Shown here: one piece after another, positions 13,540 to 22,336 of the stretch
How the letters are laid out: every line of letters starts with the position of its first letter
Position numbering within the stretch: the stretch's first letter is position 1
IMG/VR virus record: IMGVR_UViG_3300014204_000001
Coordinates: 138,011 to 179,282 of that record
DNA length: 41,272 nt
Origin: a virus
Lineage: Duplodnaviria > Heunggongvirae > Uroviricota > Caudoviricetes
Strand: one strand, 5' to 3'
Notes under the pieces: model-generated
The model's input: the letters and a program-made list of their open reading frames with translations, nothing else
What the model was told of the DNA's origin: nothing
Database searches by the model: none
Made by a program: the position numbers and the translations under genes

Positions 13540-15606
13540 ATGGCCCAGCTAGACCTTGAGTTGATCAACGGAAGTCCTGTTTTTCTGTCGCCCAACGACC
13601 ACCCTGTTTTCGCACGAGTCTATGGCGCAGTAGACCGCCCAGATCTCAAGCGCTGGCAATTTCCAGCGTATCCGCCCTTTGGTCAGATCGTCATTCAGGA
13701 TCTCCGTCGCGTAGCCCCCGAGTTAGTTTACTCTCAAGAGGCTAAGGCACACGCGGAGTACCTAGCTGATCTACCCAGGCGCCTAGCAGCAAAAGAGCTC
13801 CCCGAAGGATTCACCTTTGCAACAAAACCTTTCGACCACCAGATAGAAGGACTGTCGTGGGCGTACCACTACCCACGTCTAGCGATTCTGTGGGACATGG
13901 GCACGGCCAAGACCAAGGTGATGATTGACCTCAAACGTGCGCTTTCCGGGAAGCGCATGTTGGTCTTCGGTCCGCCGGTCACGGTTCAGAACTGGATCGA
14001 GGAGATAAAGATCCACGGGCCAGAACTCCACGCAGTGGCTCTTACAGGTACTCCTGCACGTAAGCGAAAGCTTCTCAGGAAGTTCACCGATTACGACGTT
14101 GTGGTTGCTAGTTACGGAACTGCTAGATCACTAGGACTCCCAAGACTCCACCGAGCCACGCTCACTCGCCTTCAAAAAGCGCGACGCGGGGATACCTCCA
14201 TTTCGGAGAATGGGCTTAAGACGCTGGTTAGAGCTGTTCGCCGACTCTCAGACCCCGACCGCCAAATTAACTACGTCGAGGCGTGGGAAGCGGGGATGAC
14301 GCTCGTAGAGGTTGAGTGTCAGATCCTTGAGGAGGCACAAAAGACACCACAGTGGCTCATCGACCTCCCCTACGACATCATCGTCGCAGACGAGAGTCAC
14401 AACATCAAGGACACTAGCTCCCAGCAGACCAAAGTCATGCTCGCGCTATCCACAAAGGCGCCTCGTCGCTACCTACTTACGGGAACGCCTAGCCTCGGCA
14501 ACCCGGTGGACATGTATGCGCAAATGAAGTTCTTGTCGCCGGCGATCTTTCCGGAGGATTGGCTCAAGTTCTCCGACATGTTCGTCGTTAGAGCCCCGTA
14601 CAACATGCGAATCATCACGGGTTACAAGAACCTGAACATTATGAACGAGCGGGTGCAGCGTGTTGCCATCCGCAAGACAAAAGCCGAGTGTCTCGATCTT
14701 CCTCCTCGGATGGTGATCGACAAAACCTTCGACCTATCCGCGGAGCAGGTGCGCCTCTACAACACGCTCACGTCGGCAATGTCCGTCGATATCGCGTCCT
14801 TCTTCGAGGGCGGGAGTACCGGGGCATTGGAGATACAAAATGCCGCAGTGCTGCTGAACAAGCTGGCGCAAGTCGTCTCAGGCTTCATGATGGAAACGCC
14901 TACGGCGCCAATCTGCGACGGATGCCCGCACCTAGGGCAATGTGTCGAACAGCGAGTGCACCCCTACACGAACAAGTGCGTCGTGGCGCCGAAGCCGCCG
15001 GAGACGCAAGTACACTACTTAAAGGAGAACCCAAAGCTTGATGCACTCGAGGAGTTGATGAACGGCATCCTCGTGGAGCCCAAGAACAAGGTGATCATTT
15101 GGGCTGTCTACAAGGCCGAGCTTGACACCATCGAAGAGCGACTCAAGGCACGCAAGATCGGCTATGTCCGCGTCGATGGCTCGAACAGTGGTAACGTCCA
15201 AGGGCGGGTCAAGCAATTCAACACGTCACCTGACTGCCGCGTCTATCTCGGGCAAATCGCCACAGGCATCGGTATCACCTTGAACGCCGCTACCTATATG
15301 GTGTATTACACACTCGACTGGTCTCTCGGTACATACCTCCAGTCGCTTGACCGTAACTACCGTGCAGGGCAGTTCGAGAAGTGCACCGTCTACCGACTGC
15401 TGGGCGCACGGACAGTTGATCAGTACAAGGCAGCGGCGCTAGAGCAGAAGAAGGACATAAGTGCCGTCCTGACTAACAAGCTGGCGTGCGTCAACTGTGA
15501 TAAACGTTTCAAGTGCCTTGCCGAAAAAGTCGAGCTCTTCGACCCGGGGTGTGTCTACCAGCGCAGCGCTCGACGGACTATAGCCAAAGCGGAGATCATC
15601 ACATGA
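13540..15606 (+). CDS. SNF2/SWI2-family SF2 helicase/ATPase
   Basis: PFDHQ (Q motif), WDMGTAKTK (Walker A), IIVADESH (Walker B), LLTGTP, C-terminal QSLDRNYRAGQ. Confidence 0.9.
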   Translation: MAQLDLELINGSPVFLSPNDHPVFARVYGAVDRPDLKRWQFPAYPPFGQIVIQDLRRVAPELVYSQEAKAHAEYLADLPRRLAAKELPEGFTFATKPFDHQIEGLSWAYHYPRLAILWDMGTAKTKVMIDLKRALSGKRMLVFGPPVTVQNWIEEIKIHGPELHAVALTGTPARKRKLLRKFTDYDVVVASYGTARSLGLPRLHRATLTRLQKARRGDTSISENGLKTLVRAVRRLSDPDRQINYVEAWEAGMTLVEVECQILEEAQKTPQWLIDLPYDIIVADESHNIKDTSSQQTKVMLALSTKAPRRYLLTGTPSLGNPVDMYAQMKFLSPAIFPEDWLKFSDMFVVRAPYNMRIITGYKNLNIMNERVQRVAIRKTKAECLDLPPRMVIDKTFDLSAEQVRLYNTLTSAMSVDIASFFEGGSTGALEIQNAAVLLNKLAQVVSGFMMETPTAPICDGCPHLGQCVEQRVHPYTNKCVVAPKPPETQVHYLKENPKLDALEELMNGILVEPKNKVIIWAVYKAELDTIEERLKARKIGYVRVDGSNSGNVQGRVKQFNTSPDCRVYLGQIATGIGITLNAATYMVYYTLDWSLGTYLQSLDRNYRAGQFEKCTVYRLLGARTVDQYKAAALEQKKDISAVLTNKLACVNCDKRFKCLAEKVELFDPGCVYQRSARRTIAKAEIIT

Positions 15607-16064
15607 GAATCGTCCTAGAGAGGAATGACTTGATCAAGATCATCGGACAGTATCTCGAGGCGACCTTGGATCCAAGCCGCGTCGTCGTACGAACGGACCC
15701 TTTTGAGGTAGAAGTAACGGATGTACCCCTCACGGAGTCCAGTCCAGAAACCCGCCTGACGGCCCCGTCAAGTGTCTTCGTCGTGACATCTCCGGATCCT
15801 GTGAAGGAACCTGACATTAGTATTGTGCAGGCGCGGTCGGAAATAAACGCGTCCATTGAAATGCCGCCTTTTGACGAGGTCGAAGGGGGCACGTCCACAG
15901 AGAACGCGAACCCAGCAGGCATCCTCGCGATATCACAAACGCTGCAAACAAACCTGGACCGCGAGAATCCTCAACTGGTATCGCAGCGGAAGCGCCTCCT
16001 CAATGCTCACGGGCAACCGCTAGGCAGTGAGGACATGCCACCTTTCAACGAGAGTGAGGTCTAA
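15603..16064 (+). CDS. Hypothetical protein
   Basis: ATG 15603 overlaps SNF2 stop (ATGA); MRIVLERNDLIKII...; stop overlaps next start (TAATG). Confidence 0.7.
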   Translation: MRIVLERNDLIKIIGQYLEATLDPSRVVVRTDPFEVEVTDVPLTESSPETRLTAPSSVFVVTSPDPVKEPDISIVQARSEINASIEMPPFDEVEGGTSTENANPAGILAISQTLQTNLDRENPQLVSQRKRLLNAHGQPLGSEDMPPFNESEV

Positions 16065-16969
16065 TGGAAGCTATCACCCAAGAACTGGTCAAAGAGTCTC
16101 GCACGCAGAAGTTGTTGCGGCAGCTCGCCATTCCGGCTGACTTCGGCGATCCGAAGTTGCCCAAAGGCTTCTTTTCCCACAGCCAATACGTCTCATGGAA
16201 GATCTGCGGCAGGGCATACGAATTTAAGTACGTCCTCCAGGAGAAGACGCCCAACTACGCGCCGACGACACGTGGCACGGCGGTTCACGCGGGCATCGAG
16301 TACGTCCTCAAGGCAAAAATGCTCCATGCTCAATTTTCCCTTGAGGAGGCCAAGACCGTAGTTGAGCGGGCGTTCGACCGGGAGGCCGCGCGGGTTCAGG
16401 ACTGGGGCAAGGACGATAAAGATCAACCCATCGACCCCCTCAGGGTGAAGGACGGGGCGATGAAGTTGTTCGACGCCTTCGCCATACACGCACTTCCGCA
16501 CATCAACCCGATTGCCGTCGAATACGGGTTCGCCAAGAAATTCGGTGACGTCCCAATGGTGGGTTGGATCGACATCATCGACGAGCAGGCGGCGATGCCC
16601 ATCGCGGGCATGTCGCAAGAAGAAGCAATGCTCGCGCCCAAGAAGAAGGTTGTCGCGGACGCAAAGACTGGTCGTGCGAAATGGAGTGAAAAGGAACTCC
16701 GCACTGACACCCAGCTCACTGTCTACTCTGCAGTCGTCGGTACGCCCCACGTGCGCATCGATTCGTTGCTCGAGCAGAAGAAGGGTTGTTTCTACGTCCC
16801 AGGCCCAAGTGAGCGCACGCCGCAAGACGTCGAGATCGTGACCGAGGACATCAACGAAGTCGCCGGCTTCGTCAAGAAGGGCATCTTTCCGATGACCTCA
16901 ATTGACAATTGGTCCTGCAACCCTCAGCACTGCTCCTTTTGGCACCTGTGCCGTGGGCGCAAGAGGTAG
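16064..16969 (+). CDS. PD-(D/E)XK nuclease, RecB/AddB/Cas4-like with 4-Cys cluster
   Basis: SHSQYVSWKICGRAY, GTAVH, GWIDII...ADAKTG, QLTVY, C-terminal CNPQHCSFWHLC. Confidence 0.85.
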   Translation: MEAITQELVKESRTQKLLRQLAIPADFGDPKLPKGFFSHSQYVSWKICGRAYEFKYVLQEKTPNYAPTTRGTAVHAGIEYVLKAKMLHAQFSLEEAKTVVERAFDREAARVQDWGKDDKDQPIDPLRVKDGAMKLFDAFAIHALPHINPIAVEYGFAKKFGDVPMVGWIDIIDEQAAMPIAGMSQEEAMLAPKKKVVADAKTGRAKWSEKELRTDTQLTVYSAVVGTPHVRIDSLLEQKKGCFYVPGPSERTPQDVEIVTEDINEVAGFVKKGIFPMTSIDNWSCNPQHCSFWHLCRGRKR

Positions 16970-16972
16970 TAC

Positions 16973-17113
16973 ATGGCCTTCCTGGCAATGCTCATTCTGG
17001 CCTATGGGCCCCTGAACTGGACCTTTCCGTGGTGGGTCTGGGTTTTAGGAATCCTGTCGACCAGTCGAACCGTAGTAACCGTGAAGAACAGCATCCAATC
17101 CACCTACCGCTGA
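16973..17113 (+). CDS. Small Trp-rich membrane protein, 46 aa (not in ORF track)
   Basis: MAFLAMLILAYGPLNWTFPWWVWVLGILSTSRTVVTVKNSIQSTYR; fills the gap between two co-oriented genes, GAGG upstream. Confidence 0.6.
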   Translation: MAFLAMLILAYGPLNWTFPWWVWVLGILSTSRTVVTVKNSIQSTYR

Positions 17114-17123
17114 CGAGGAACAC

Positions 17124-17519
17124 ATGGCAATCACTGTTGAGCAGAAATGCGACCGCTGCCGCCGTATGACCAAGCACGCCGTGGAAAATATCCAGGATGC
17201 AGCTGACCTCGAGAATCTGCGCCAGAAGCGAGAAGAAAACGCGGCGAAGCTCGAAGCCTTCATCAAACAGATGGTACCCGAGGAACTGCCCGCGCTGCTT
17301 GTCCTGCGACGCGTGGACGGAGCCACGCCGGGCGTCCAACTGCTGACCGCGGCCACGCTTTGCAACTTTAAGGAGGAGGGAAAGCGCTCCTGCAGTGCGC
17401 GCGTCGCAGAACTGGCTGAGGCTATGGGCCAACTGGAGGAGCGCAAGAAGTCTGTTCGCAAGGCCAAGGCTTCCGAGCCTACGCCGATTCCCCTGATTGA
17501 ACAGGTCGAGACCAAGTAA
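17124..17519 (+). CDS. Hypothetical zinc-binding protein
   Basis: GAGGA RBS; CDRC at N-terminus plus two later Cys; charged helical composition. Confidence 0.7.
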   Translation: MAITVEQKCDRCRRMTKHAVENIQDAADLENLRQKREENAAKLEAFIKQMVPEELPALLVLRRVDGATPGVQLLTAATLCNFKEEGKRSCSARVAELAEAMGQLEERKKSVRKAKASEPTPIPLIEQVETK

Positions 17520-17546
17520 TTCGGTGATACGAGAGGAGGACGCCTC

Positions 17547-17708
17547 GTGGAAAAGTACGGCGTTGAAGAGTCTGAGGACATCAAGACCGCTCAGGAGGGT
17601 AGCGATGTGTGCCCCGTGTGCGGTCGAAAGCTCGAACCCGTGAATACCACCGGCGTCCGCCTCTGCCGTAATTGTGGCACCAAGCCTTTCGAACAGCCGA
17701 GCAAGTAA
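17547..17708 (+). CDS. Small zinc-ribbon protein, 53 aa (not in ORF track)
   Basis: GGAGGA RBS + GTG; MEKYGVEESEDIKTAQEGSDVCPVCGRKLEPVNTTGVRLCRNCGTKPFEQPSK; stop abuts next ATG. Confidence 0.75.
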   Translation: MEKYGVEESEDIKTAQEGSDVCPVCGRKLEPVNTTGVRLCRNCGTKPFEQPSK

Positions 17709-17975
17709 ATGGCCACTCGCACACAGACCCTGCCGGATGACCTCGCTCGAGTGCAGCGCCGGCAGTCGGCCGAAGCGCACCTGCTCTACAAGCTAAAGGC
17801 CATCCGCGCGCTGCACACCGTGGCATACGGAAACGTCAACCTGCCCGTCGACAAAGTGCAGACCGAATTCTTCTACGCGGTCGGCGACATTTTCGAGGGG
17901 CTTCGTGTTGAGGATCTAAAGCTCAACTTGATCAGCAAGGAGGAGACAGTGAGAGAAATGGAAGATGGTGGATAG
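17709..17975 (+). CDS. Hypothetical protein
   Basis: 88 aa, operon-like packing. Confidence 0.7.
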   Translation: MATRTQTLPDDLARVQRRQSAEAHLLYKLKAIRALHTVAYGNVNLPVDKVQTEFFYAVGDIFEGLRVEDLKLNLISKEETVREMEDGG

Positions 17976-18312
17976 CCCGTCAAAAGGCAAACCCAGCCGC
18001 AAGCCGATTTTCACAGCCCAGAATGTTCAGCGCGTATTGCCACTTGTGAGCGCGGGTGTCGAGTTGCTAGGCACCTATGCTCCCGCCCAGCCGTATGCAC
18101 GCATTGTGCGTACAGTCGCCACAGCTGCTGCCTGTACGGGTGGAGGTAATGTCTCCCGCCAGGATATCAGTCTGCTCATCGAAAAATTGATCGACATTCG
18201 ACGTCAGGTTGTCCTTGCGGAGAAGGCCAAAGACGTTGAGGCATTGTCGACGTTACGCATTCACCAGGACATCTACACAGACTTCCTCCTGGACAAGCTC
18301 CAGGGAAGCTAG
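17965..18312 (+). CDS. Hypothetical protein
   Basis: 115 aa, overlaps upstream gene by 11 nt, ends just before ParB RBS. Confidence 0.65.
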   Translation: MVDSPSKGKPSRKPIFTAQNVQRVLPLVSAGVELLGTYAPAQPYARIVRTVATAAACTGGGNVSRQDISLLIEKLIDIRRQVVLAEKAKDVEALSTLRIHQDIYTDFLLDKLQGS

Positions 18313-18320
18313 AGGAATCC

Positions 18321-19322
18321 ATGACCGACACGACTCCAGAAGTTGTCCCTGCGGCAACCACCTCGGACGCGAAGGTGGAAGCCCCCAAGACGGAGAAGCG
18401 CGCAGAGGGACGTACTTTCAAGGCGCCCACGCTTCTGCTGACCCAGATCCACGCGGACCCTGCTCGGAACGACCGCACCGATCTTGGCAACATCAGCGAC
18501 CTCGCGGCGTCGATCAAGAAGGAGGGGATCATTCAGCCGCTCGTCATCAGCGACGAGCCTCGAGAGGACGGGAAGTACGAGCTGGTGGCAGGCTACCGCC
18601 GATACAACGCCGCCAAGATGGCGGGCCTGAAGGAGGTTCCCGTCGTCAGCCAGTCGGTCGACTCGCTGCGCCGCCGACGTGTCCAGCTGATCGAGAACCT
18701 GCACCGGGAGGATATGAATCCACTCGACAAGGCCAACTCGATCCACAAGATGATGGAAGAGGAGAAGATGGAGAGCCAGAAGGAAGCGGCCGAGGCGCTC
18801 GGTCTCTCCGCTGGCGCCATCTCCCAGTACATGTCCCTCCTGAATCTGCCCAGCAAGGTCCAGGCGGCAGTGAAGTCCGGCAAGGTCGACTTCACCGTGG
18901 CCCGTGAGCTCACGCGGCTCAAAGACGAAGAGAAGATCGTCGAACTGCTCCCTGAGGCGCAGAAGATGAGCGTCTCCGATGTGAAGAACAAGGTCGACTT
19001 CCTCCTCCAGAAGCAGAAGGAGAAGGAGGAGAAAGAGGCCGACAAGGCCAAGGCTCGGGAGAAGGCCAAGAAGACGCCTACCGTAGGTGTGCAGGCCGAG
19101 GCTAGCGAGGAAGAGGAAGAGAAAGACCTCGCCACGTCGGTCAAGGAGCTCGGGTTCGAGCCTCTGAAGAAGACCGATCTGCTGATGCAGATCGTGGCCT
19201 ATGCCAACAAGTTCTCAAGGGCCAAGACCGAGGAGAGCAAGGCGGAAAACCGCCACATCCTCCATGGCCTTGCCATCGCCGCGGGAGTTGACTTCAAGAA
19301 GTTGCTCAACGAGATCAGCTAG
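18321..19322 (+). CDS. parB: ParB/Spo0J-family protein
   Basis: LAASIKKEGIIQPLVI, YELVAGYRRYNAA (GxRR), LIENLHREDMNPLDKA, HTH SQKEAAEALGLSAGAISQYMSLLNLP. Confidence 0.9.
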   Translation: MTDTTPEVVPAATTSDAKVEAPKTEKRAEGRTFKAPTLLLTQIHADPARNDRTDLGNISDLAASIKKEGIIQPLVISDEPREDGKYELVAGYRRYNAAKMAGLKEVPVVSQSVDSLRRRRVQLIENLHREDMNPLDKANSIHKMMEEEKMESQKEAAEALGLSAGAISQYMSLLNLPSKVQAAVKSGKVDFTVARELTRLKDEEKIVELLPEAQKMSVSDVKNKVDFLLQKQKEKEEKEADKAKAREKAKKTPTVGVQAEASEEEEEKDLATSVKELGFEPLKKTDLLMQIVAYANKFSRAKTEESKAENRHILHGLAIAAGVDFKKLLNEIS

Positions 19323-19332
19323 TAAGCCGTAC

Positions 19333-19362
19333 GACGCGGGGCCTTAGGGCTCCGCGTCTTTT
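19333..19362 (+). terminator. Rho-independent terminator between convergent parB and sigma genes
   Basis: GACGCGGGGCC-TTAG-GGCTCCGCGTC followed by TTTT. Confidence 0.75.
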
Positions 19363-20224
19363 ACGCCGTAAAGACATCGTTCGCCGTGTCAATGCGGAGT
19401 TTCTCCAGATGATCACGCAGCCGCTCGAGAGCGTCCTTCTTGAGTTGGCGTACGCGTTCCGAGGAGAGTCCCAGCCGGTTAGAGAGCTGGCGGAGATTCT
19501 TCGGATCTTCGCGCACACCGAAATACGCGACAATAATGTAGCGGTCTCGCGCGCGAAACTGGAGCATCCGCATAGCCTGATGCAGCAGATCTGAACCGTA
19601 GGTGTTCACCAAATTCCGCTCGAGTTGATCATCGTGTCGCTTAGTATCTACGTTGGCTAGGTCTTCTACGACAATAAAGGCCGGATCCAGTTCTGTCGTA
19701 TCTGACTGCTTTCGCTTCGCACGCAGTGCCTTTTGCCTATATACAGGCACACGTACGACGCCCATGTTGTCGAGCTCCTTTAGGATCTCTTCGCGGATCC
19801 ACCAGGCTGCGTATGTCAAAAAACGTGTTCCGTGATGAGGGTCAAATCGGTCCAGTGCGATCAGGAGACCGACGTTTCCCGCAGAGGTCAGCATCTTCAG
19901 CAGTTCGCTGTCATAACTCGTGCCCTTGACCATCCGCGTGTAGTCTTTCGCCACCTTTAGGACGAAACGCAACGCACCTTCGGCCAGGCGATCTCTCGCG
20001 CGAAAGTTACGAGGGGCACCGCAATGCGCACAAGTTTTTTGGATGGCCCCCAGTTCAAATTCCCGGTCACAGCGGGTACAAGTACGGTACGCCTTGAAGA
20101 GGGCTCGCTCAGTCTCTTGAGAAAGCAGCGTACACGTACGTACGTTGGCGTAGTATGCGTCCAGGACGCGATCTGGGGCATCTTTTCTAGAGCAGGGGTG
20201 TTCATTTCGTTCAGGAGCTGTCAT
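19361..20224 (-). CDS. Sigma-70 family sigma factor with zinc-ribbon insertion
   Basis: Region 1.2 LLSQETERAL; 2.1 RDRLAEGALRFVLKVAKDY; 2.2-2.4 AGNVGLLIALDRFDPHHGTRFLTYAAWWIREEI; VVRVP; region 4 HTH NLRQLSNRLGLSSERVRQLKKDALERLR. Start set at MTAPER (20224). Confidence 0.92.
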   Translation of the reverse strand: MTAPERNEHPCSRKDAPDRVLDAYYANVRTCTLLSQETERALFKAYRTCTRCDREFELGAIQKTCAHCGAPRNFRARDRLAEGALRFVLKVAKDYTRMVKGTSYDSELLKMLTSAGNVGLLIALDRFDPHHGTRFLTYAAWWIREEILKELDNMGVVRVPVYRQKALRAKRKQSDTTELDPAFIVVEDLANVDTKRHDDQLERNLVNTYGSDLLHQAMRMLQFRARDRYIIVAYFGVREDPKNLRQLSNRLGLSSERVRQLKKDALERLRDHLEKLRIDTANDVFTA

Positions 20225-20231
20225 AGGTTGC

Positions 20232-20241
20232 AGTATATACT
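20232..20241. promoter_or_regulatory. Palindromic AGTATATACT: overlapping TATACT hexamers on both strands (putative bidirectional promoter core)
   Basis: Minus-strand TATACT is 7 nt before sigma ATG; plus-strand TATACT faces the 20314 gene. Confidence 0.6.
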
Positions 20242-20313
20242 TGCCAAGCGTTCCCGCAAAAGGGTAGTCTACTGTCCGCTCTAGTGAGCTAAATAAAAAG
20301 GAGTAGCAACCAC

Positions 20314-21384
20314 ATGAGTAACAAGAAGCAGGACAAGCAGGTCGAGACCACGACAACTGTCGAGGAAAAGGCCCCTGAGGTCGTGGCAGAGAAGGCCACG
20401 GAGGGGGTTGCTGTGGCTCCTACACAGAGCACCGCGCTGGCTCAGATGACCCCGGTGGAGGCCCTCGCGGAGCGGCTCCCGGCGCGTTATCGCGATGACG
20501 TTATCCTGATGGTGCGGCCTACTCCGACACAGCTGGCCGGCATCGTGCGCGCGCTTCCCGAGAACGAGCAGCAGAAGATGCTCGATCTCATCCGCAAACT
20601 CAACCCCAAGAAGCAGGGCGCACATACTGAGCGCACGGGCTTCTCGCCCACCGTCGTCAAGATCAATCAGGGTACGGGCACGGACCCACTACGTCCGGCT
20701 GATCTGCCTGCGGGTCACTACTACACCTCGGACAGTCGGTCCCTCGGCAAGAAGTTCGAGGGTGCCGTCCTCGGCTTCTACGAGGGCCGGATCCTCTGGC
20801 CGCCCCAAGGCGAGAAGGGTAGCGACAGCAGCAACAGCAAGGTGCCCCTTTGTGTCTCGATGGACCGCATGAAGGGCTCCCGGTACGGCGAGTGCACTTC
20901 GTGCCCGAAGGCGGGCATGCAGTACAATCAGGGTGGCTGTGCCCGCGACGTCGTCGTGTTCCTCGTGGACAAGGCGATGACGGGGATCTACGAGTTGCAC
21001 TACTCGAAGACCTCCGAGAGCAGTGGCAATGCCCTGGTGAAGATCATCTCCAAGAGCGAGTCCCTCTGGGATCGGTGGATCTCGTTCACCGCTGAGGAAC
21101 GCAAGGAGGACAGCCGTCGCTGGTTCGTCCAGAAGGCGGCTCCGATGACCGAGGGCGAGATGGCTACGCCCAAGACGCTCCATCCGCTGTTCGAGGAGTT
21201 GTCGAAGATCGTCGACTTCGACGTGTTCTACTCAGGCCTCGCCAACATCTACGACCGCGCGAAGAACAGTCATGAGGCTGGCCTCGGTGGTGCTGGCGAA
21301 CAGGCTAACACCGCCAACGAGTCCTCGCTCGGACTTACCGATGCTCCGGCGGACTACTCGGGTAGTGGCAGCGGGAACGTCTAA
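20314..21384 (+). CDS. Hypothetical replication-region protein (possible ssDNA-binding/annealing protein)
   Basis: AAGGAG RBS; CVSMD...GECTSCP motif, low-complexity acidic/Gly/Ser tail, located before nuclease-primase-polymerase genes. ORF is secure; function is a guess. Confidence 0.6.
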   Translation: MSNKKQDKQVETTTTVEEKAPEVVAEKATEGVAVAPTQSTALAQMTPVEALAERLPARYRDDVILMVRPTPTQLAGIVRALPENEQQKMLDLIRKLNPKKQGAHTERTGFSPTVVKINQGTGTDPLRPADLPAGHYYTSDSRSLGKKFEGAVLGFYEGRILWPPQGEKGSDSSNSKVPLCVSMDRMKGSRYGECTSCPKAGMQYNQGGCARDVVVFLVDKAMTGIYELHYSKTSESSGNALVKIISKSESLWDRWISFTAEERKEDSRRWFVQKAAPMTEGEMATPKTLHPLFEELSKIVDFDVFYSGLANIYDRAKNSHEAGLGGAGEQANTANESSLGLTDAPADYSGSGSGNV

Positions 21385-21408
21385 GCTCCTGCTGATGCAG
21401 TAAGGCTT

Positions 21409-21442
21409 GGGGCTCCGTCCGTCCTATGATGGGCGGAGCCCC
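21409..21442 (+). terminator. Strong 15-bp hairpin (terminator or RNA processing site)
   Basis: GGGGCTCCGTCCGTC-CTAT-GATGGGCGGAGCCCC, followed by tccttt; flanked by CTGATG/CATCAG complementary arms. Confidence 0.55.
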
Positions 21443-21463
21443 TCCTTTCATCAGGGGTTTACC

Positions 21464-22336
21464 ATGCTCGAGATTCCTGAACACGTACGCCTGAATGGGC
21501 CCTGGAGTATCTCCAAAGCCCAAATGGCGGAAAAGTGCTCACAGCAATTCGACTTCAGGCATCACCAGAAACTCAAAGAGATTTCGGTCTACCAGGCCAG
21601 CCGCGTCGGTACTGCGGTGCATAGGGCACTGGAGCTCGCGCTCCAGAACGCCGCGTTGAAACAGGCGTTCTCCATCGCTGCCGATGAGGGGGAGCTTACC
21701 GAAAACGAGCGTGTGGAGCTCTACACGTTTTGGGACTCCGTCGCGCGCTACATCAAGTTCATCGCAGAGCTTAAGCGCAAAGTTGGGTGCCGGGACGAAC
21801 TATTCGAGCGGCGCTGGGGCGTCCGTGTCGATGGCTCGAAGTGCGGCTTTTTCGACAAGGATGTTTTTTTCCGCGGTGTGGTAGATCACGGGATCCTTAC
21901 GAATGCCAACGACCTGATCATCTTCGACCACAAATCTGGTAAGGAGAAGGAGCTCTCCTACTACGACCCACAGTTCCGTGGTTACGGCTTGATGGCTGTC
22001 GCACAGATCCCGAATTTGCGCGGCGTGCAGACGGCCATCCATTTCGTGGTTCCGGGCACAGAGCGCTGGAACAAGCCCACTGCGTCTAAGACCATCCGCG
22101 AGGGCTTGACGCCCAAGAGGGATGGCGACAAAGTCGTCTGGGAACATACCGAAGATCCGTACCTAGACTGGTTGATCAAGTTTCTCACCAAGAGCTGCAT
22201 CAAGCTGCTCGGCCCTCCAGCAGTGATCACCAACAAGCGTGAGAAGTGGAAGTGCGACTGGTGTGGTTTCAGGACGGTCTGCAAAGGACCTTTTGCTGCC
22301 GAGGCAGGGCGTGCCGAGTCCGAAGGCAACAACTAA
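21464..22336 (+). CDS. PD-(D/E)XK nuclease, RecB/AddB/Cas4-like (second copy)
   Basis: WSISK...KCSQQF, GTAVH, RGVVDHG...IFDHKSG, QFRGY, C-terminal CDWCGFRTVC. Confidence 0.85.
   Translation: MLEIPEHVRLNGPWSISKAQMAEKCSQQFDFRHHQKLKEISVYQASRVGTAVHRALELALQNAALKQAFSIAADEGELTENERVELYTFWDSVARYIKFIAELKRKVGCRDELFERRWGVRVDGSKCGFFDKDVFFRGVVDHGILTNANDLIIFDHKSGKEKELSYYDPQFRGYGLMAVAQIPNLRGVQTAIHFVVPGTERWNKPTASKTIREGLTPKRDGDKVVWEHTEDPYLDWLIKFLTKSCIKLLGPPAVITNKREKWKCDWCGFRTVCKGPFAAEAGRAESEGNN

Noticed and set aside
16992-17780. 262-aa and 179-aa minus-strand ORFs
   Set aside because: Overlap four well-packed plus-strand genes with SD sites; no recognisable motifs.
16064-22336. Cas4 genes / CRISPR adaptation module
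   Set aside because: Both nucleases are stand-alone PD-(D/E)XK proteins in replication context; such genes are common in phages without CRISPR.
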